Virus record (IMG/VR): IMGVR_UViG_3300028384_001500
Span: 1-64,000 of that record
DNA: 64,000 nucleotides
Reading direction: 5' to 3' (one strand)
A model generated the notes under the pieces. That model did not search any database and had not been told where the DNA came from. It saw nothing but the letters and a program-made list of their open reading frames with translations. Below, one piece after another: positions 35,911 through 45,446 of this stretch. The stretch's first letter is position 1; the number at the start of each line of letters is the position of its first letter. A program made the position numbers and the translations under genes.

Positions 35911-36624
35911 TCACTCTTTAACATCGTAATACTTCACTATTCTTGGTGTTCTATTTGCTAACTCTTTTTTGACAATATTGAATGTTTGCTGAAGATTGTA
36001 TTTTGTATTGTCAATTCTTATTAGTACTTTGCTGTTTTCTTTGGCGTATTCTTCTTTAAGTGTGTCAGTCTTTTTTGTATTTTCAAAGTCATGTTTTTCA
36101 AATACTTTTTCAAAATGCCAAATGCCGTCACATTCAATTAAAAATAAATTATCTTTTGATGCGATATCAAAATCAATCCTTCTGTTATTAAACTTAATAT
36201 TGTGATGGCGCTTGAATTCGTCGCCTAACATTTTAGCCAGTGATCTTTCAAGTTTTGATGAAAATCTTTTGCAACTGGCAGGTTTGCCCATCTGTTCTTT
36301 CCAACTTTTATTATTTAAAGCTGCTTTACTTAGTTTTTCTTTTGTTTCTTTTAAATACGATCCTGCCCTTGATCGATTACCACAACTTCTTGAACATGTT
36401 TTCTTGTAGCCCTTTTCACCTGGCTGCTTTCCTTTTCTTCTTCTAAATACTGTTTCGCATATTGGACAGTTAACATCTTCAAATCTTTCCGGTCTAGAGC
36501 TTTTCTCTTTTAGAGACTGATACCCTTCTTTGCTAAATTTTTCTTCTTTGTGTTGCCATCTGACATGATTTGCTTTAGCCTGAAAAGTTTTAAATTCCTT
36601 ATTGCATTCTTGACATTTATACAT
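35911..36624 (-). CDS. Free-standing homing-endonuclease-like protein (zinc fingers, NUMOD3-like, Vsr/DUF559-like nuclease)
   Basis: CQEC..HVRWQH, CPIC..CSRSC, KETKEKLSKAA, FDI..LIECDGIWH; ATG 36624 after GGAGG. Confidence 0.75.
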   Translation of the reverse strand: MYKCQECNKEFKTFQAKANHVRWQHKEEKFSKEGYQSLKEKSSRPERFEDVNCPICETVFRRRKGKQPGEKGYKKTCSRSCGNRSRAGSYLKETKEKLSKAALNNKSWKEQMGKPASCKRFSSKLERSLAKMLGDEFKRHHNIKFNNRRIDFDIASKDNLFLIECDGIWHFEKVFEKHDFENTKKTDTLKEEYAKENSKVLIRIDNTKYNLQQTFNIVKKELANRTPRIVKYYDVKE

Positions 36625-36630
36625 AAAAAA

Positions 36631-36660
36631 GTCCTCCAATATTATTATATATCAGAGGAC
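36631..36660 (-). promoter_or_regulatory. Hairpin sequestering the endonuclease RBS
   Basis: GTCCTCT-GATAT..ATATT-GGAGGAC, then TTTTTT and ATG; TATAAT in the loop. Confidence 0.6.
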
Positions 36661-36680
36661 CCACTAAGTTTCCAAAAAAG

Positions 36681-37040
36681 TGGACCGCAGCAGAATCGAA
36701 CTGCTGTCCGCAATAGTCTTGGTTCTAGTCATTCACAAGCTTAGTTATCTTTTTTCTCCTGATAACAGGGATAGTCACCTCTTTCCACCAACTCTAGGTA
36801 ACATTGAGTTCCCACCTCATACTACGAGGATAACCATTTTAGTCATGATATATCGCCTCGACTAACTGGCTAACCTCTTGTTTTTCACCGGAAGAGATAC
36901 CGGCGTTGATTAAGCAGCTAAAGCTACTGACTCAAAGTGTGCGTTATTGTTTGCAACTAAATTGTTTGAACTGTTAAGGTCGAGTCTCACCTGCTTGCAC
37001 TGTCTCCTTGATTCTATTCCGTCGAAGCCATTAGCGGCCC
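36681..37040 (-). ncRNA. ssrA: tmRNA, 360 nt; tag (A)ANNNAHFESVALAA encoded at 36910-36954
   Basis: 5' GGGCCGC..GGCTTCGAC; 3' AGCAG-TTCGATT-CTGCT-GCGGTCC-A; G3.U70 alanine determinant; tag ORF ends ALAA-stop. Confidence 0.93.
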
Positions 37041-37156
37041 ATATATTTTTATTATACTATATCTATGTTGATATTACATTAAATAAATTACTAATATGTA
37101 GAAGACTTATGAATATAACCATCATATTCCTTATTTGCCTTTAATATCTATACTAC

Positions 37157-38428
37157 TTACTTATCAAATGAAGTGTAAGATGGGTCAAGTGAATCTACGC
37201 TGACGTCGCTAAGTACTTCACTTATTCTAATATTGCTAATGTTTGTTTCAAATTGATGTGCTGCCAAGCCCACATCTAAATTCATGTCTTTACCGCCAAT
37301 ATCAAGTGCAACTAATTCACCGTCAGCTCTTCTTCCAAATTGTTCCTCATGAATATCACGCCATGTTAATGGGTCAATATTTTTTTCAGGATCGCCTGAC
37401 TTAAGTATGATTTCATCAATTAAGTTTAAGATATCTAAGTAGTCCTCGTATAAAAGACTGTTTTTGTTCATTGGCAGTTTCTTTCTTTGTCTTATTCTTT
37501 GGTTTTTTAAATGATCAATAAAAATTTGATTAAACTGATGAACTTCAGGAAAATTATTAACTATACCTAATACATTTAAAAATAACATTTTTAGTGTAAG
37601 AGGACTTCCGTTGGTTGTTTTAACTAAAGCCTCACCTGTTTCTTTACCGTGTGTAGAAAATAAATTATTGACTTCACTAGCAATTCTTCTTACATGTTTA
37701 GGAGGTGTGTTAGGATTGCTAATGTAATTTATAAGTTGTTGAAACGTACTAAGATTATATTTTTTTAAAAATCTTAAACCACTGTAACCCGCTTTAAGTA
37801 TATCTTGATAAACAGCTTCAATCTGATTTGCAATTGTATTTCCTAAACTATATAACGCAATTATATCATTAAATTTAGTAAACCTTATTTGTATAAATTT
37901 TGCTAATTCAATGTCTATATTTTTAAAAACAAATCGATCAGGAATAATTCTTTCCATTATTATGTAGTAAAGTCTATTTATTTGATAGTTTTTATTGCTT
38001 TTGTTGTGAGTCGACCCACGCTTCCAATATACAACCGGTTGATCCAAGTTAATAACACCTTTTGAATAAACTTTTGCAGTTTTTTCATGACTATTGGAAA
38101 CAAAACCTAGGTTTTTAGCAGAGTTGTCAATTGAATGAAATAACTTAATAACTTTAAAATCGTCTAGTGAAACAACAATACCTTCTGCACCGCTAGCAAC
38201 AATCCTAGGCATGTGCATCCGATTCTCAAAGCGAGGAAGTCTTTCTATGTCAGCTAGGTAATCAACAATTTTTTCTGCTAAAGGCGCATTAAGTGACCAA
38301 CCTTTATCGTGTGAAGGATCACTAGCAGCACTAGCGTCGTATAAATAAAAATTCTCACTAAGCAAATTTAACCTTTTACTTATTGATTCGCGTATTAATC
38401 CCCTTATTATGTTTTTTAAATTAGCCAA
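37157..38428 (-). CDS. Leader-bearing protein-kinase-like protein
   Basis: ASGAEGIV Gly-loop, VIK, YIIMERI hinge, WRDIHEEQ catalytic-loop-like, ALDIG; long insertion between the lobes. Confidence 0.6.
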   Translation of the reverse strand: MANLKNIIRGLIRESISKRLNLLSENFYLYDASAASDPSHDKGWSLNAPLAEKIVDYLADIERLPRFENRMHMPRIVASGAEGIVVSLDDFKVIKLFHSIDNSAKNLGFVSNSHEKTAKVYSKGVINLDQPVVYWKRGSTHNKSNKNYQINRLYYIIMERIIPDRFVFKNIDIELAKFIQIRFTKFNDIIALYSLGNTIANQIEAVYQDILKAGYSGLRFLKKYNLSTFQQLINYISNPNTPPKHVRRIASEVNNLFSTHGKETGEALVKTTNGSPLTLKMLFLNVLGIVNNFPEVHQFNQIFIDHLKNQRIRQRKKLPMNKNSLLYEDYLDILNLIDEIILKSGDPEKNIDPLTWRDIHEEQFGRRADGELVALDIGGKDMNLDVGLAAHQFETNISNIRISEVLSDVSVDSLDPSYTSFDK

Positions 38429-38492
38429 AATCTCTCCACGAATATATTATAAATATTTTTTATTATAGTAAGTATCCATATAAAATGTTAAT

Positions 38493-38792
38493 ATGAATAA
38501 ACACCTTTATGTAATACAATCAGATGTAACAGGCGCAATAAAAATAGGTATGAGTAAAAACCCTCAAAGCAGATTACGACAGTTACAAACCGGTTCACCG
38601 TACAAACTTAAACTACTAACCATAGTAAAAGGCAAAGGGAGCTTAGAAAAGTCTCTGCATGAATCTCTAAAACCTTATAAACAGTCTTGCAAGGGAGAAT
38701 GGTTTGATTTTGAATGTACGGGCTCTTTTCCAATTTGGTTAAGCGAAATGGTCGACTGGGACATTGCAAATGTTTGGTGGGATAAAAGTTAA
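38493..38792 (+). CDS. GIY-YIG nuclease (T5orf172/MUG113-like)
   Basis: LYVIQ..IKIGMSKNPQSRLRQLQTGSP..EKSLH..GEWF. Confidence 0.85.
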   Translation: MNKHLYVIQSDVTGAIKIGMSKNPQSRLRQLQTGSPYKLKLLTIVKGKGSLEKSLHESLKPYKQSCKGEWFDFECTGSFPIWLSEMVDWDIANVWWDKS

Positions 38793-39460
38793 CTAGATAA
38801 TATTGCTTGAAGTTGTTGGATTGTTTGTTGACTGTTGCCAGTCACATGAAGTATTCCCAATCCACCTCTGGAATTCCACTGTAAAATTGTTTCTTCCTTG
38901 TCATCGATTAAAATGTTAGGAGTTCCTGTTTGTGATACGGCGTAGTTTTGTTTTTCATCTGCTGGGACAATGACTATTTCAGTTGGTTGCGGTGTAAGAT
39001 TTTCTTGTACCCACATTATTTTACCTTGCTCGGCTGGCATGCCTTTTGTACTTCTAATTGGTGCGCTAAGAATATTAACAGTTAGGCCTAAAGATGTAAT
39101 AAAAGGCCACAACATATCAGTACCGTCAGTTAGCTTCGGTAAGTTGTAAAAGAATTGACCCGGATCCTGAACAACAACAGAATATTTAAGGCGTTTTATT
39201 AGTTTAACAGCATCAATATCTGATCCTACAGGAACTCTAAAGTCTGGGCCGAAAGCTGTCATAACTTTACTTATTCCTTTTCTTAAAGATTTTGATGCGA
39301 TATGCCCGCCGCTAGAAGCAAAATTCAAGTACTCATTCATCTTCAACACAACACCGGTGTTAAAATCAGCAATGACCCCATCCATATCACAGTATATTTG
39401 ATGTTGAGCACCTAATGATTCTGTTATCAAAGCCTTAAGTTGATTTCGTGTTATTTTCAA
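38789..39460 (-). CDS. Leader-bearing HAD-family 5'(3')-nucleotidase-like protein
   Basis: MKITRNQLKALITESL, then IYCDMDGVIADF, ILSAP, K, ILIDD. Confidence 0.82.
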   Translation of the reverse strand: MKITRNQLKALITESLGAQHQIYCDMDGVIADFNTGVVLKMNEYLNFASSGGHIASKSLRKGISKVMTAFGPDFRVPVGSDIDAVKLIKRLKYSVVVQDPGQFFYNLPKLTDGTDMLWPFITSLGLTVNILSAPIRSTKGMPAEQGKIMWVQENLTPQPTEIVIVPADEKQNYAVSQTGTPNILIDDKEETILQWNSRGGLGILHVTGNSQQTIQQLQAILSS

Positions 39461-39472
39461 AACTACCTCGCT

Positions 39473-40168
39473 TTATGGCATATGGTAACTAATGTTGTAC
39501 TCATATAATATTTCTTGCATTTCTATTAACCAATCTGTTATATAAGTCATTGGATCACCTTTGCGTGTCATTGAATAATTCCCATAAGTATATTGTCCGT
39601 CTACTAGATCTCTAGCAGCAGAAAGAAGTTTTATTCTATGACGAGCTAATTTTGACAAACCCTCAATTATTTTTTCTTCTGCATCACGAAATGCCTGACC
39701 TTTTATTCCTTGTGACCTTAAACCTTCGTAAAAACTTGGATATATGTCTCCTGTTCGTAATCTACGAAGTACTCCCTGCTTATTCATATACTTGCTAACG
39801 TCCCTTATTCTACTATTAAGCATTTTAAAAACAGTGTCGCCAAAGGGAGGCAAAATGTGTCTACTATATACATTTGCGTACGCATTTCCGGAGTTATAAT
39901 GATAATTGTCTTGATAATATCTTAGAATCTCTTGATTAGTTTGGGCATTAATAAGTTCCCGATCGATTGGCTGCCCAAACTGCTGATGTAACTTAATTGC
40001 TGCTTTTACTAGTGCCATGTCACCATTGTTTCCTGGGTTTGGCTCGAGTTTGTGAGGAATACCTAGCTGCTTAAGTTTAAGCTTTCTTGGGCCTCGTTTT
40101 CTTTCGCCTGTTTCCTTAATGATACTTTTCTTTATCATTCTTTTAATTTTATTTTTTGAAATTTTCAT
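39473..40168 (-). CDS. Leader-bearing protein
   Basis: Start MKISKNKIKRMIKKSIIKE at 40168 after AAGGAG. Confidence 0.7.
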   Translation of the reverse strand: MKISKNKIKRMIKKSIIKETGERKRGPRKLKLKQLGIPHKLEPNPGNNGDMALVKAAIKLHQQFGQPIDRELINAQTNQEILRYYQDNYHYNSGNAYANVYSRHILPPFGDTVFKMLNSRIRDVSKYMNKQGVLRRLRTGDIYPSFYEGLRSQGIKGQAFRDAEEKIIEGLSKLARHRIKLLSAARDLVDGQYTYGNYSMTRKGDPMTYITDWLIEMQEILYEYNISYHMP

Positions 40169-40181
40169 CGTTAAATCTCCT

Positions 40182-41129
40182 TTATTTGACAATGTCTGCA
40201 CTAGCTAAATGACCGTTAACAACAATTAATTTACCTTTTATGTAGTTATCAAACCATTTTGCAACTTCTGATACTTTTTGCTTTAAATTCTTAAGATACT
40301 CAACTTCATAGTCAGTTAACCCAGCAATATTAAGTCTTAATCCATTTTTTGTTAAAAGTTCTTGACAAACCATTTCTGCTAGATCATCATTTAAAAAATA
40401 ATTTCTATATTGCTCTTGTTGATGAGGTACTGGACCTTTTCTTTGGGTTATTGCGCTTTTCATCGTAAGAATGTCGATTACTCGCTTACTAAAACCCGGG
40501 CTAGTATTTTGTAAATTTCCTATATCATGACCTAGCTTTGTAAGCTTATTTCTCATTAATTCACTATCAAAAATAGCATGCATTATCATCCAAGGCGTCA
40601 TTTGAAACTTGTGATTTCCAATATTAATAAAGTCTGTTTGATAATAAATAATGCAATCGTTGTCCTCTATTGTCGATAAATCAATATCAGGTTTGACTTT
40701 TTTAAGAAAGTTTTTTGCACTTTGATTTAAAGGCGATATTTTTAATCGACTGTCAAAGTTACCTCTTTGCCTACCAACAAACTTATTAAACTGACTTTTT
40801 GAGATTGTCCCGTTTTTAAAACAAAATGATCCAATCTGAGCAAGAACGCATACTTTTGCGTTCATGTACCCGAATCTTTTTTCTGCTTCTTTGTTAAATG
40901 AACTGCCTTTCGCGTAAACTGACGCTGCTTTTTTTTGTTTGTTCATTCTTTTAATTGCACCTGGATCAAATACCGGCCTTTCGTAGTCACCTAGAAATTC
41001 ATAATTGTCTGTTGCAGCTATCTTATTAAAAGAAGAAAATTGATCATCAGCAGAATCGACAGTCCCTAGATTTTTTTTAAACGCCATTTCTCTTATTATT
41101 TGTCGTAGCTGTCTTCTAGTTATTTTCAT
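40182..41129 (-). CDS. Leader-bearing protein
   Basis: MKITRRQLRQIIREM. Confidence 0.72.
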   Translation of the reverse strand: MKITRRQLRQIIREMAFKKNLGTVDSADDQFSSFNKIAATDNYEFLGDYERPVFDPGAIKRMNKQKKAASVYAKGSSFNKEAEKRFGYMNAKVCVLAQIGSFCFKNGTISKSQFNKFVGRQRGNFDSRLKISPLNQSAKNFLKKVKPDIDLSTIEDNDCIIYYQTDFINIGNHKFQMTPWMIMHAIFDSELMRNKLTKLGHDIGNLQNTSPGFSKRVIDILTMKSAITQRKGPVPHQQEQYRNYFLNDDLAEMVCQELLTKNGLRLNIAGLTDYEVEYLKNLKQKVSEVAKWFDNYIKGKLIVVNGHLASADIVK

Positions 41130-41692
41130 TTGTCTTCTTTACCTCCACTTTCGCTAGCATATTTAACGCCCATGATAGTACCAATAATACTGAATGAGTT
41201 CGTTAGAAGTATACCAAGTAAATTTGACCAGGTATTACCAATTAATGTCGTATCAGCACCTGCACCTTTAGTGTATAAAGCGACAATATACAGTATTGAC
41301 GTCATTATACCTACACCTACGATTATCCAAAGGGCAACATTGACAATATTTCCGATTAGTTCAAATTGTGTTTTCTTTTGCATAAGGTCTAAATCGTTTA
41401 ATGCAGCATCTTTTGCGCCTTCAGCCTGTGCAAGTGCTTCTTTCAATTCAACCATTAATGCATCGTTTTCTTTTGCTTTGGCTGCTAATTGCTTATTTTG
41501 ATCCTGAACTTGTCTAGTGATCTCTAATCGCTTCTTTCTGGTTTCATTGTCCTTTTCTTTCGCCTCAACAAGATATTTTTTAAAGTCTTCGTCTTCTGTT
41601 TTAATGACTTTAATAATGTTACCTTCAAGGTACACACGTCTTTCTTTAGCCAGATCTAAAAGCTGTTTTATGTCTTCTTTACAAAAATTCAT
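41126..41692 (-). CDS. Coiled-coil protein with two C-terminal TM helices
   Basis: Heptad region, then IVNVALWIIVGVGIMTSILYIVAL and LLGILLTNSFSIIGTIMG. Confidence 0.72.
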   Translation of the reverse strand: MNFCKEDIKQLLDLAKERRVYLEGNIIKVIKTEDEDFKKYLVEAKEKDNETRKKRLEITRQVQDQNKQLAAKAKENDALMVELKEALAQAEGAKDAALNDLDLMQKKTQFELIGNIVNVALWIIVGVGIMTSILYIVALYTKGAGADTTLIGNTWSNLLGILLTNSFSIIGTIMGVKYASESGGKEDK

Positions 41693-41704
41693 TTTTTATT
41701 CTTT

Positions 41705-42472
41705 TTATCTTGCACAAAAATAAAATGTTGCAAATCCTTCGTAGTAATCATAAATAAACAGTCTACCATCAACGTTGATAGAGACAAATTTATTATCTAG
41801 CTCTTTCGGGTAATGATCAGATGTAGGAAAAGAAACATTTTTATTACTAAAAAAGTAGTCATGAAGTGCTGTAAAGAGTGGATTAAAATCATCATCCCAC
41901 ACTTCTGTTAGTGAGTCTATCACACCCATATCTTCTATTTCACACCCTAAAAATTCTGAGTATACACGAAATTCGTCACCCATACCATCATAATCATTAT
42001 TTTCTAGTGTCATTTCTGGCATCTCGCCTACAATAGAAAATACATCACCATATGTGTTTCTTAAAAAGTTACAATACGTCTTATTTTTTGACAGCTTAAC
42101 AAACTGTTCTGGATCGATATCATTAAATTCTGGTACCAAACTATCTTGGGCTTTTGATCTTATGCCTAGTGAGTCAACAGCAGTCTCCTCAGCAGGTGTC
42201 AAAGGGTTATCGTAATCAAGGTCTGGGTGCCTAACGGCTAACTCACGCCCCATCTTTCTATACGAAGCATTATTAGGTCCGTATGTGTCTACTCCACTTG
42301 AGCCTTTCATTAAAGATGATAATTTTGGGTCCAATCCTGCAATTTGATCGTCTTTTTTGCGACCTAATTCATATGCGACATCAGAAGGAGTAGCTACTCC
42401 TTCTGGGTCAACTATGTAAGTGCGTGCTGCTTCTATTATTAGTTGCCTTAATTGTCTTCTTGTTATTTTCAT
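41705..42472 (-). CDS. Leader-bearing protein inserted in the signalling cluster
   Basis: MKITRRQLRQLIIEA. Confidence 0.72.
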   Translation of the reverse strand: MKITRRQLRQLIIEAARTYIVDPEGVATPSDVAYELGRKKDDQIAGLDPKLSSLMKGSSGVDTYGPNNASYRKMGRELAVRHPDLDYDNPLTPAEETAVDSLGIRSKAQDSLVPEFNDIDPEQFVKLSKNKTYCNFLRNTYGDVFSIVGEMPEMTLENNDYDGMGDEFRVYSEFLGCEIEDMGVIDSLTEVWDDDFNPLFTALHDYFFSNKNVSFPTSDHYPKELDNKFVSINVDGRLFIYDYYEGFATFYFCAR

Positions 42473-42900
42473 TTATACACCTTAAACGGGTTTGTTCTAT
42501 TAACGTATCCGTCATAGTCTTTTTTAAACTCTTCTAAGCGAGGTTCAATATCATCAGACTTAACTATCCAAAATTGAGCCCCGGCTGAGATAGCTTTTCC
42601 CATTTCTTCTTTGTCAGCTGAGGAAGATATGATACCAATGACCACGCCGTTACCATATTCAAAGTTAATTTTACGAATTAACTCAATTCCGTTAAATGAC
42701 GATCCAATAATGTTAAGATCAACAAACACACAGTCTGGTTTTTGATCTTTTTTACCTTGCCATGCATCAAAAAGTTTAGCGGCCTCATCAGCAGAGTCTA
42801 TAGACTCTAAGTTGAGTGTTATATCTAATAAACTACATGCATCTTCAAAAACGAGATGAAATAAGTTTTCATCATCTACCAATAATATTGAATTAATCAT
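42469..42900 (-). CDS. Single-domain response regulator (CheY-like receiver)
   Basis: ILLVDDE, phospho-acceptor VFVDLN, IISSS, FWIVKS; no output domain. Confidence 0.88.
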   Translation of the reverse strand: MINSILLVDDENLFHLVFEDACSLLDITLNLESIDSADEAAKLFDAWQGKKDQKPDCVFVDLNIIGSSFNGIELIRKINFEYGNGVVIGIISSSADKEEMGKAISAGAQFWIVKSDDIEPRLEEFKKDYDGYVNRTNPFKVYK

Positions 42901-43787
42901 TCGAACTCCACCTTAATCATTGTACCTGTCTCTAATTGTTCAGAAGATACTTTAAACCCATGTTCATTAAGTATGGCGACACAAATGTTTAATCCTAATC
43001 CTGACCCACTTTCTGACTGATTTTTTCTTCTTGTGTAGGGTTGACGTAACCTATCAAAATCTTTTTGGCTCATACCGCGACCATTATCAATCACAGCAAG
43101 CGTTTTACTATTTATCATTTCTATCTTTACCCATTTTGTATCACTATCATTGTACTTTAATCCATTTCTTATCAAGTTGTCAATCGCAGTACAAAACAAA
43201 GACTCGTTAACACGCATAGTCGGTAAGTCTTCTGAGACCAAAACCTGGTCTGCATAATTTGTTCTTTTTAAATATTTTTCTAATGCTTCGCCAATATCAA
43301 TCATGTCTAAGCAAAGTGTGCTGTCTTCTCTAACAAGATTGGTAAATTCATACACACCTCTATAAACATGTTGAGAGTGTGCTAAACCTTCCTTTAAAAG
43401 CCGAAGCGGTGATTCAAGCTTAAGGTCTTTGATAATTTCAGGCTTAAGCCTTCGTTCTAATGATCTTACACCTCTAGGAATGTAAGTATTTAAACCGCTG
43501 TGCATATCATGTCTAAGTATTTTAGCTGCATGCTCAAGATATGTATTTTTTTCCAAGACAGAATCTAACAACTCACGTTCTGTGCTTTTTACCATAGTTA
43601 AGAATTCAAGAACAAATGTGCTAAAAGGTAAAGCAAAGACAATTACACATGCATAACCAAAAAGTGCTGTGTAATAAGTTGACTTAATTAATTTAAAAAC
43701 AATTAAACTTTGAACAACAAAAAATGACAACATAATTGTTAAAGCTAGAGAAAGACAAATCTTTGATCGCTTGCTTATTTTATCCAT
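42897..43787 (-). CDS. Membrane-anchored sensor histidine kinase
   Basis: Two TM helices; H-box KILRHDMHSG; DNLIRNGLKY, IDNGRG, GSGLGL; start MDKISK at 43787. Confidence 0.88.
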   Translation of the reverse strand: MDKISKRSKICLSLALTIMLSFFVVQSLIVFKLIKSTYYTALFGYACVIVFALPFSTFVLEFLTMVKSTERELLDSVLEKNTYLEHAAKILRHDMHSGLNTYIPRGVRSLERRLKPEIIKDLKLESPLRLLKEGLAHSQHVYRGVYEFTNLVREDSTLCLDMIDIGEALEKYLKRTNYADQVLVSEDLPTMRVNESLFCTAIDNLIRNGLKYNDSDTKWVKIEMINSKTLAVIDNGRGMSQKDFDRLRQPYTRRKNQSESGSGLGLNICVAILNEHGFKVSSEQLETGTMIKVEFE

Positions 43788-44007
43788 CGGTATGTAAAGC
43801 AATATGGATTTTTCTATCGATTTCTTTAATTTTTTCATTATTTTCTTCCGTAGGGTTTAAGGCATATTTTAATTTTAATTCTTCTCTCTTTTTGTAGAGC
43901 CCGGTTATGTATTTGTCAGCGAACAAATTCTTCTTATTGCAAATAAATACAAACATTGCTGAGCTCAAAGCTAGCGAAATTAAAAATACAGCTGTCATAT
44001 CAATCAT
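43780..44007 (-). CDS. Small membrane protein
   Basis: N-terminal hydrophobic helix; overlaps both kinase genes. Confidence 0.6.
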   Translation of the reverse strand: MIDMTAVFLISLALSSAMFVFICNKKNLFADKYITGLYKKREELKLKYALNPTEENNEKIKEIDRKIHIALHTDG

Positions 44008-45002
44008 AGCAATTTTACTCCTATAACTGTTCCTGTGTCTACTTTCTCGACGTTAACAGTAAACCCATGTTCTTTTAAAATAGCGTTTGCAATATTAAGA
44101 CCTAACCCAGATATGTCATCGTTTTTAACTTCTCGCATATAAGGCATGCAATATAGATCATACTCATACTGTGTCATTCCAACGCCGTTATCTTCTATTA
44201 CTAGCTCATTATTATATCTCATATAAATTTTTACTTTTTTATCTTTGCTGTCGTTGTAAGTTATTCCGTTTCTTATAAAATTGTCCAATGCAATACAAAA
44301 CAGCGTAGGGTTGATTTCTGAGACGACTAGATCACTTAATTCTACTTTATTAGAGTACGATGTACCTTCTAAAAAACCCATCAATATCTTTTTTAAATTA
44401 TGCTTTTCTACTTTAAACTCAGGTTTTCTTTTAACAAGATTAGTAAATTCATACACGCCTCTATAAACGTTCTGTGTGTGTTTTAAACCCTCCTTTAATA
44501 GTTTTATACTTAAACCTAAACGATGTTCCTTGATTGCTTCCTCAGGCAGCTTATCTAATAAAAGCTTAAGGCCTCTTGGAATATAAGTGTTAATGCCGCT
44601 ATGCATATCATGTCTAATAATTTTTGCTGTATGCTCAAGATATATGCTTTTTTGTTGTAGCAAATGTTTGTCTTTTATTTGATCTGTTAACTCTGTTCTT
44701 AAGTTAAAATATTCTTTAAGCCAATCGTCATAAGTTTTATTGTCACCTGGCATAAACATTCCTGTCTGATAATGGGTCGGTACTTTAACGCCGTCCTCAA
44801 GAGTAATAAAAATAGATGTAAGTTTAATATCAACAATTCTAATTTTGCTAAACTTATTTTCTAATTCAGACTCGATACATAGTGTGTCTTCACTAGCACA
44901 GACAAAAACTGGGCATGTTTTAAGTTGTGCATATGATTCTTGATCGTAATAGTTTCTAGGTTCCCATTTGAGTGAAAACCACTCTCCTTTTTGTGCGCGC
45001 AT
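44004..45002 (-). CDS. Soluble sensor histidine kinase
   Basis: H-box KIIRHDMHSG; DNFIRNGITY, EDNGVG, SGLGL; no TM segment. Confidence 0.88.
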   Translation of the reverse strand: MRAQKGEWFSLKWEPRNYYDQESYAQLKTCPVFVCASEDTLCIESELENKFSKIRIVDIKLTSIFITLEDGVKVPTHYQTGMFMPGDNKTYDDWLKEYFNLRTELTDQIKDKHLLQQKSIYLEHTAKIIRHDMHSGINTYIPRGLKLLLDKLPEEAIKEHRLGLSIKLLKEGLKHTQNVYRGVYEFTNLVKRKPEFKVEKHNLKKILMGFLEGTSYSNKVELSDLVVSEINPTLFCIALDNFIRNGITYNDSKDKKVKIYMRYNNELVIEDNGVGMTQYEYDLYCMPYMREVKNDDISGLGLNIANAILKEHGFTVNVEKVDTGTVIGVKLL

Positions 45003-45021
45003 AAAACCCCTTGGTTATATA

Positions 45022-45396
45022 CTAATTATAATAAACCTGCACAAAAAGAATTGATATTGCTAAAAATACGCATATCATTGTTTTAGGAGTGAACATTGAT
45101 TCACCTAAGAAATGCCAAGTCATTATCGGAAAAACTGTGTAGGAAAAAACTGCAGCAATAAAACGAACTGACCATAACTCTTCTCCTGTTGCGATAAAAC
45201 AAAATTTAGTACCATACCAGAACGCCAACCCCGCAGGTGTTCCAAAAAGAAGAGTTGCCAAAATGGGTTTATCTTTCCAGTAGTCCCAAACAAATTGTGA
45301 ATTACCGGCAAACCAACCCATAATATGACCTAAGACCAGAAACCCAATCCCAATTAACATTTCTCTACTAAAAAATTCAATTATTTTTTCAATCAT
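45022..45396 (-). CDS. Small four-TM membrane protein (DMT/SMR-like)
   Basis: Four hydrophobic segments; HFLGESMF..K..ICV pattern. Confidence 0.55.
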   Translation of the reverse strand: MIEKIIEFFSREMLIGIGFLVLGHIMGWFAGNSQFVWDYWKDKPILATLLFGTPAGLAFWYGTKFCFIATGEELWSVRFIAAVFSYTVFPIMTWHFLGESMFTPKTMICVFLAISILFVQVYYN

Positions 45397-45446
45397 TACA
45401 ATACCTATTTTTGTATTATAATTATAACACGTATTTGGAGAATTAT

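Noticed and set aside
35890-36681. Group I intron in the tmRNA T-loop
   Set aside because: The upstream tmRNA is already complete, and the interval is almost fully ORF with no room for P3-P9 core elements.
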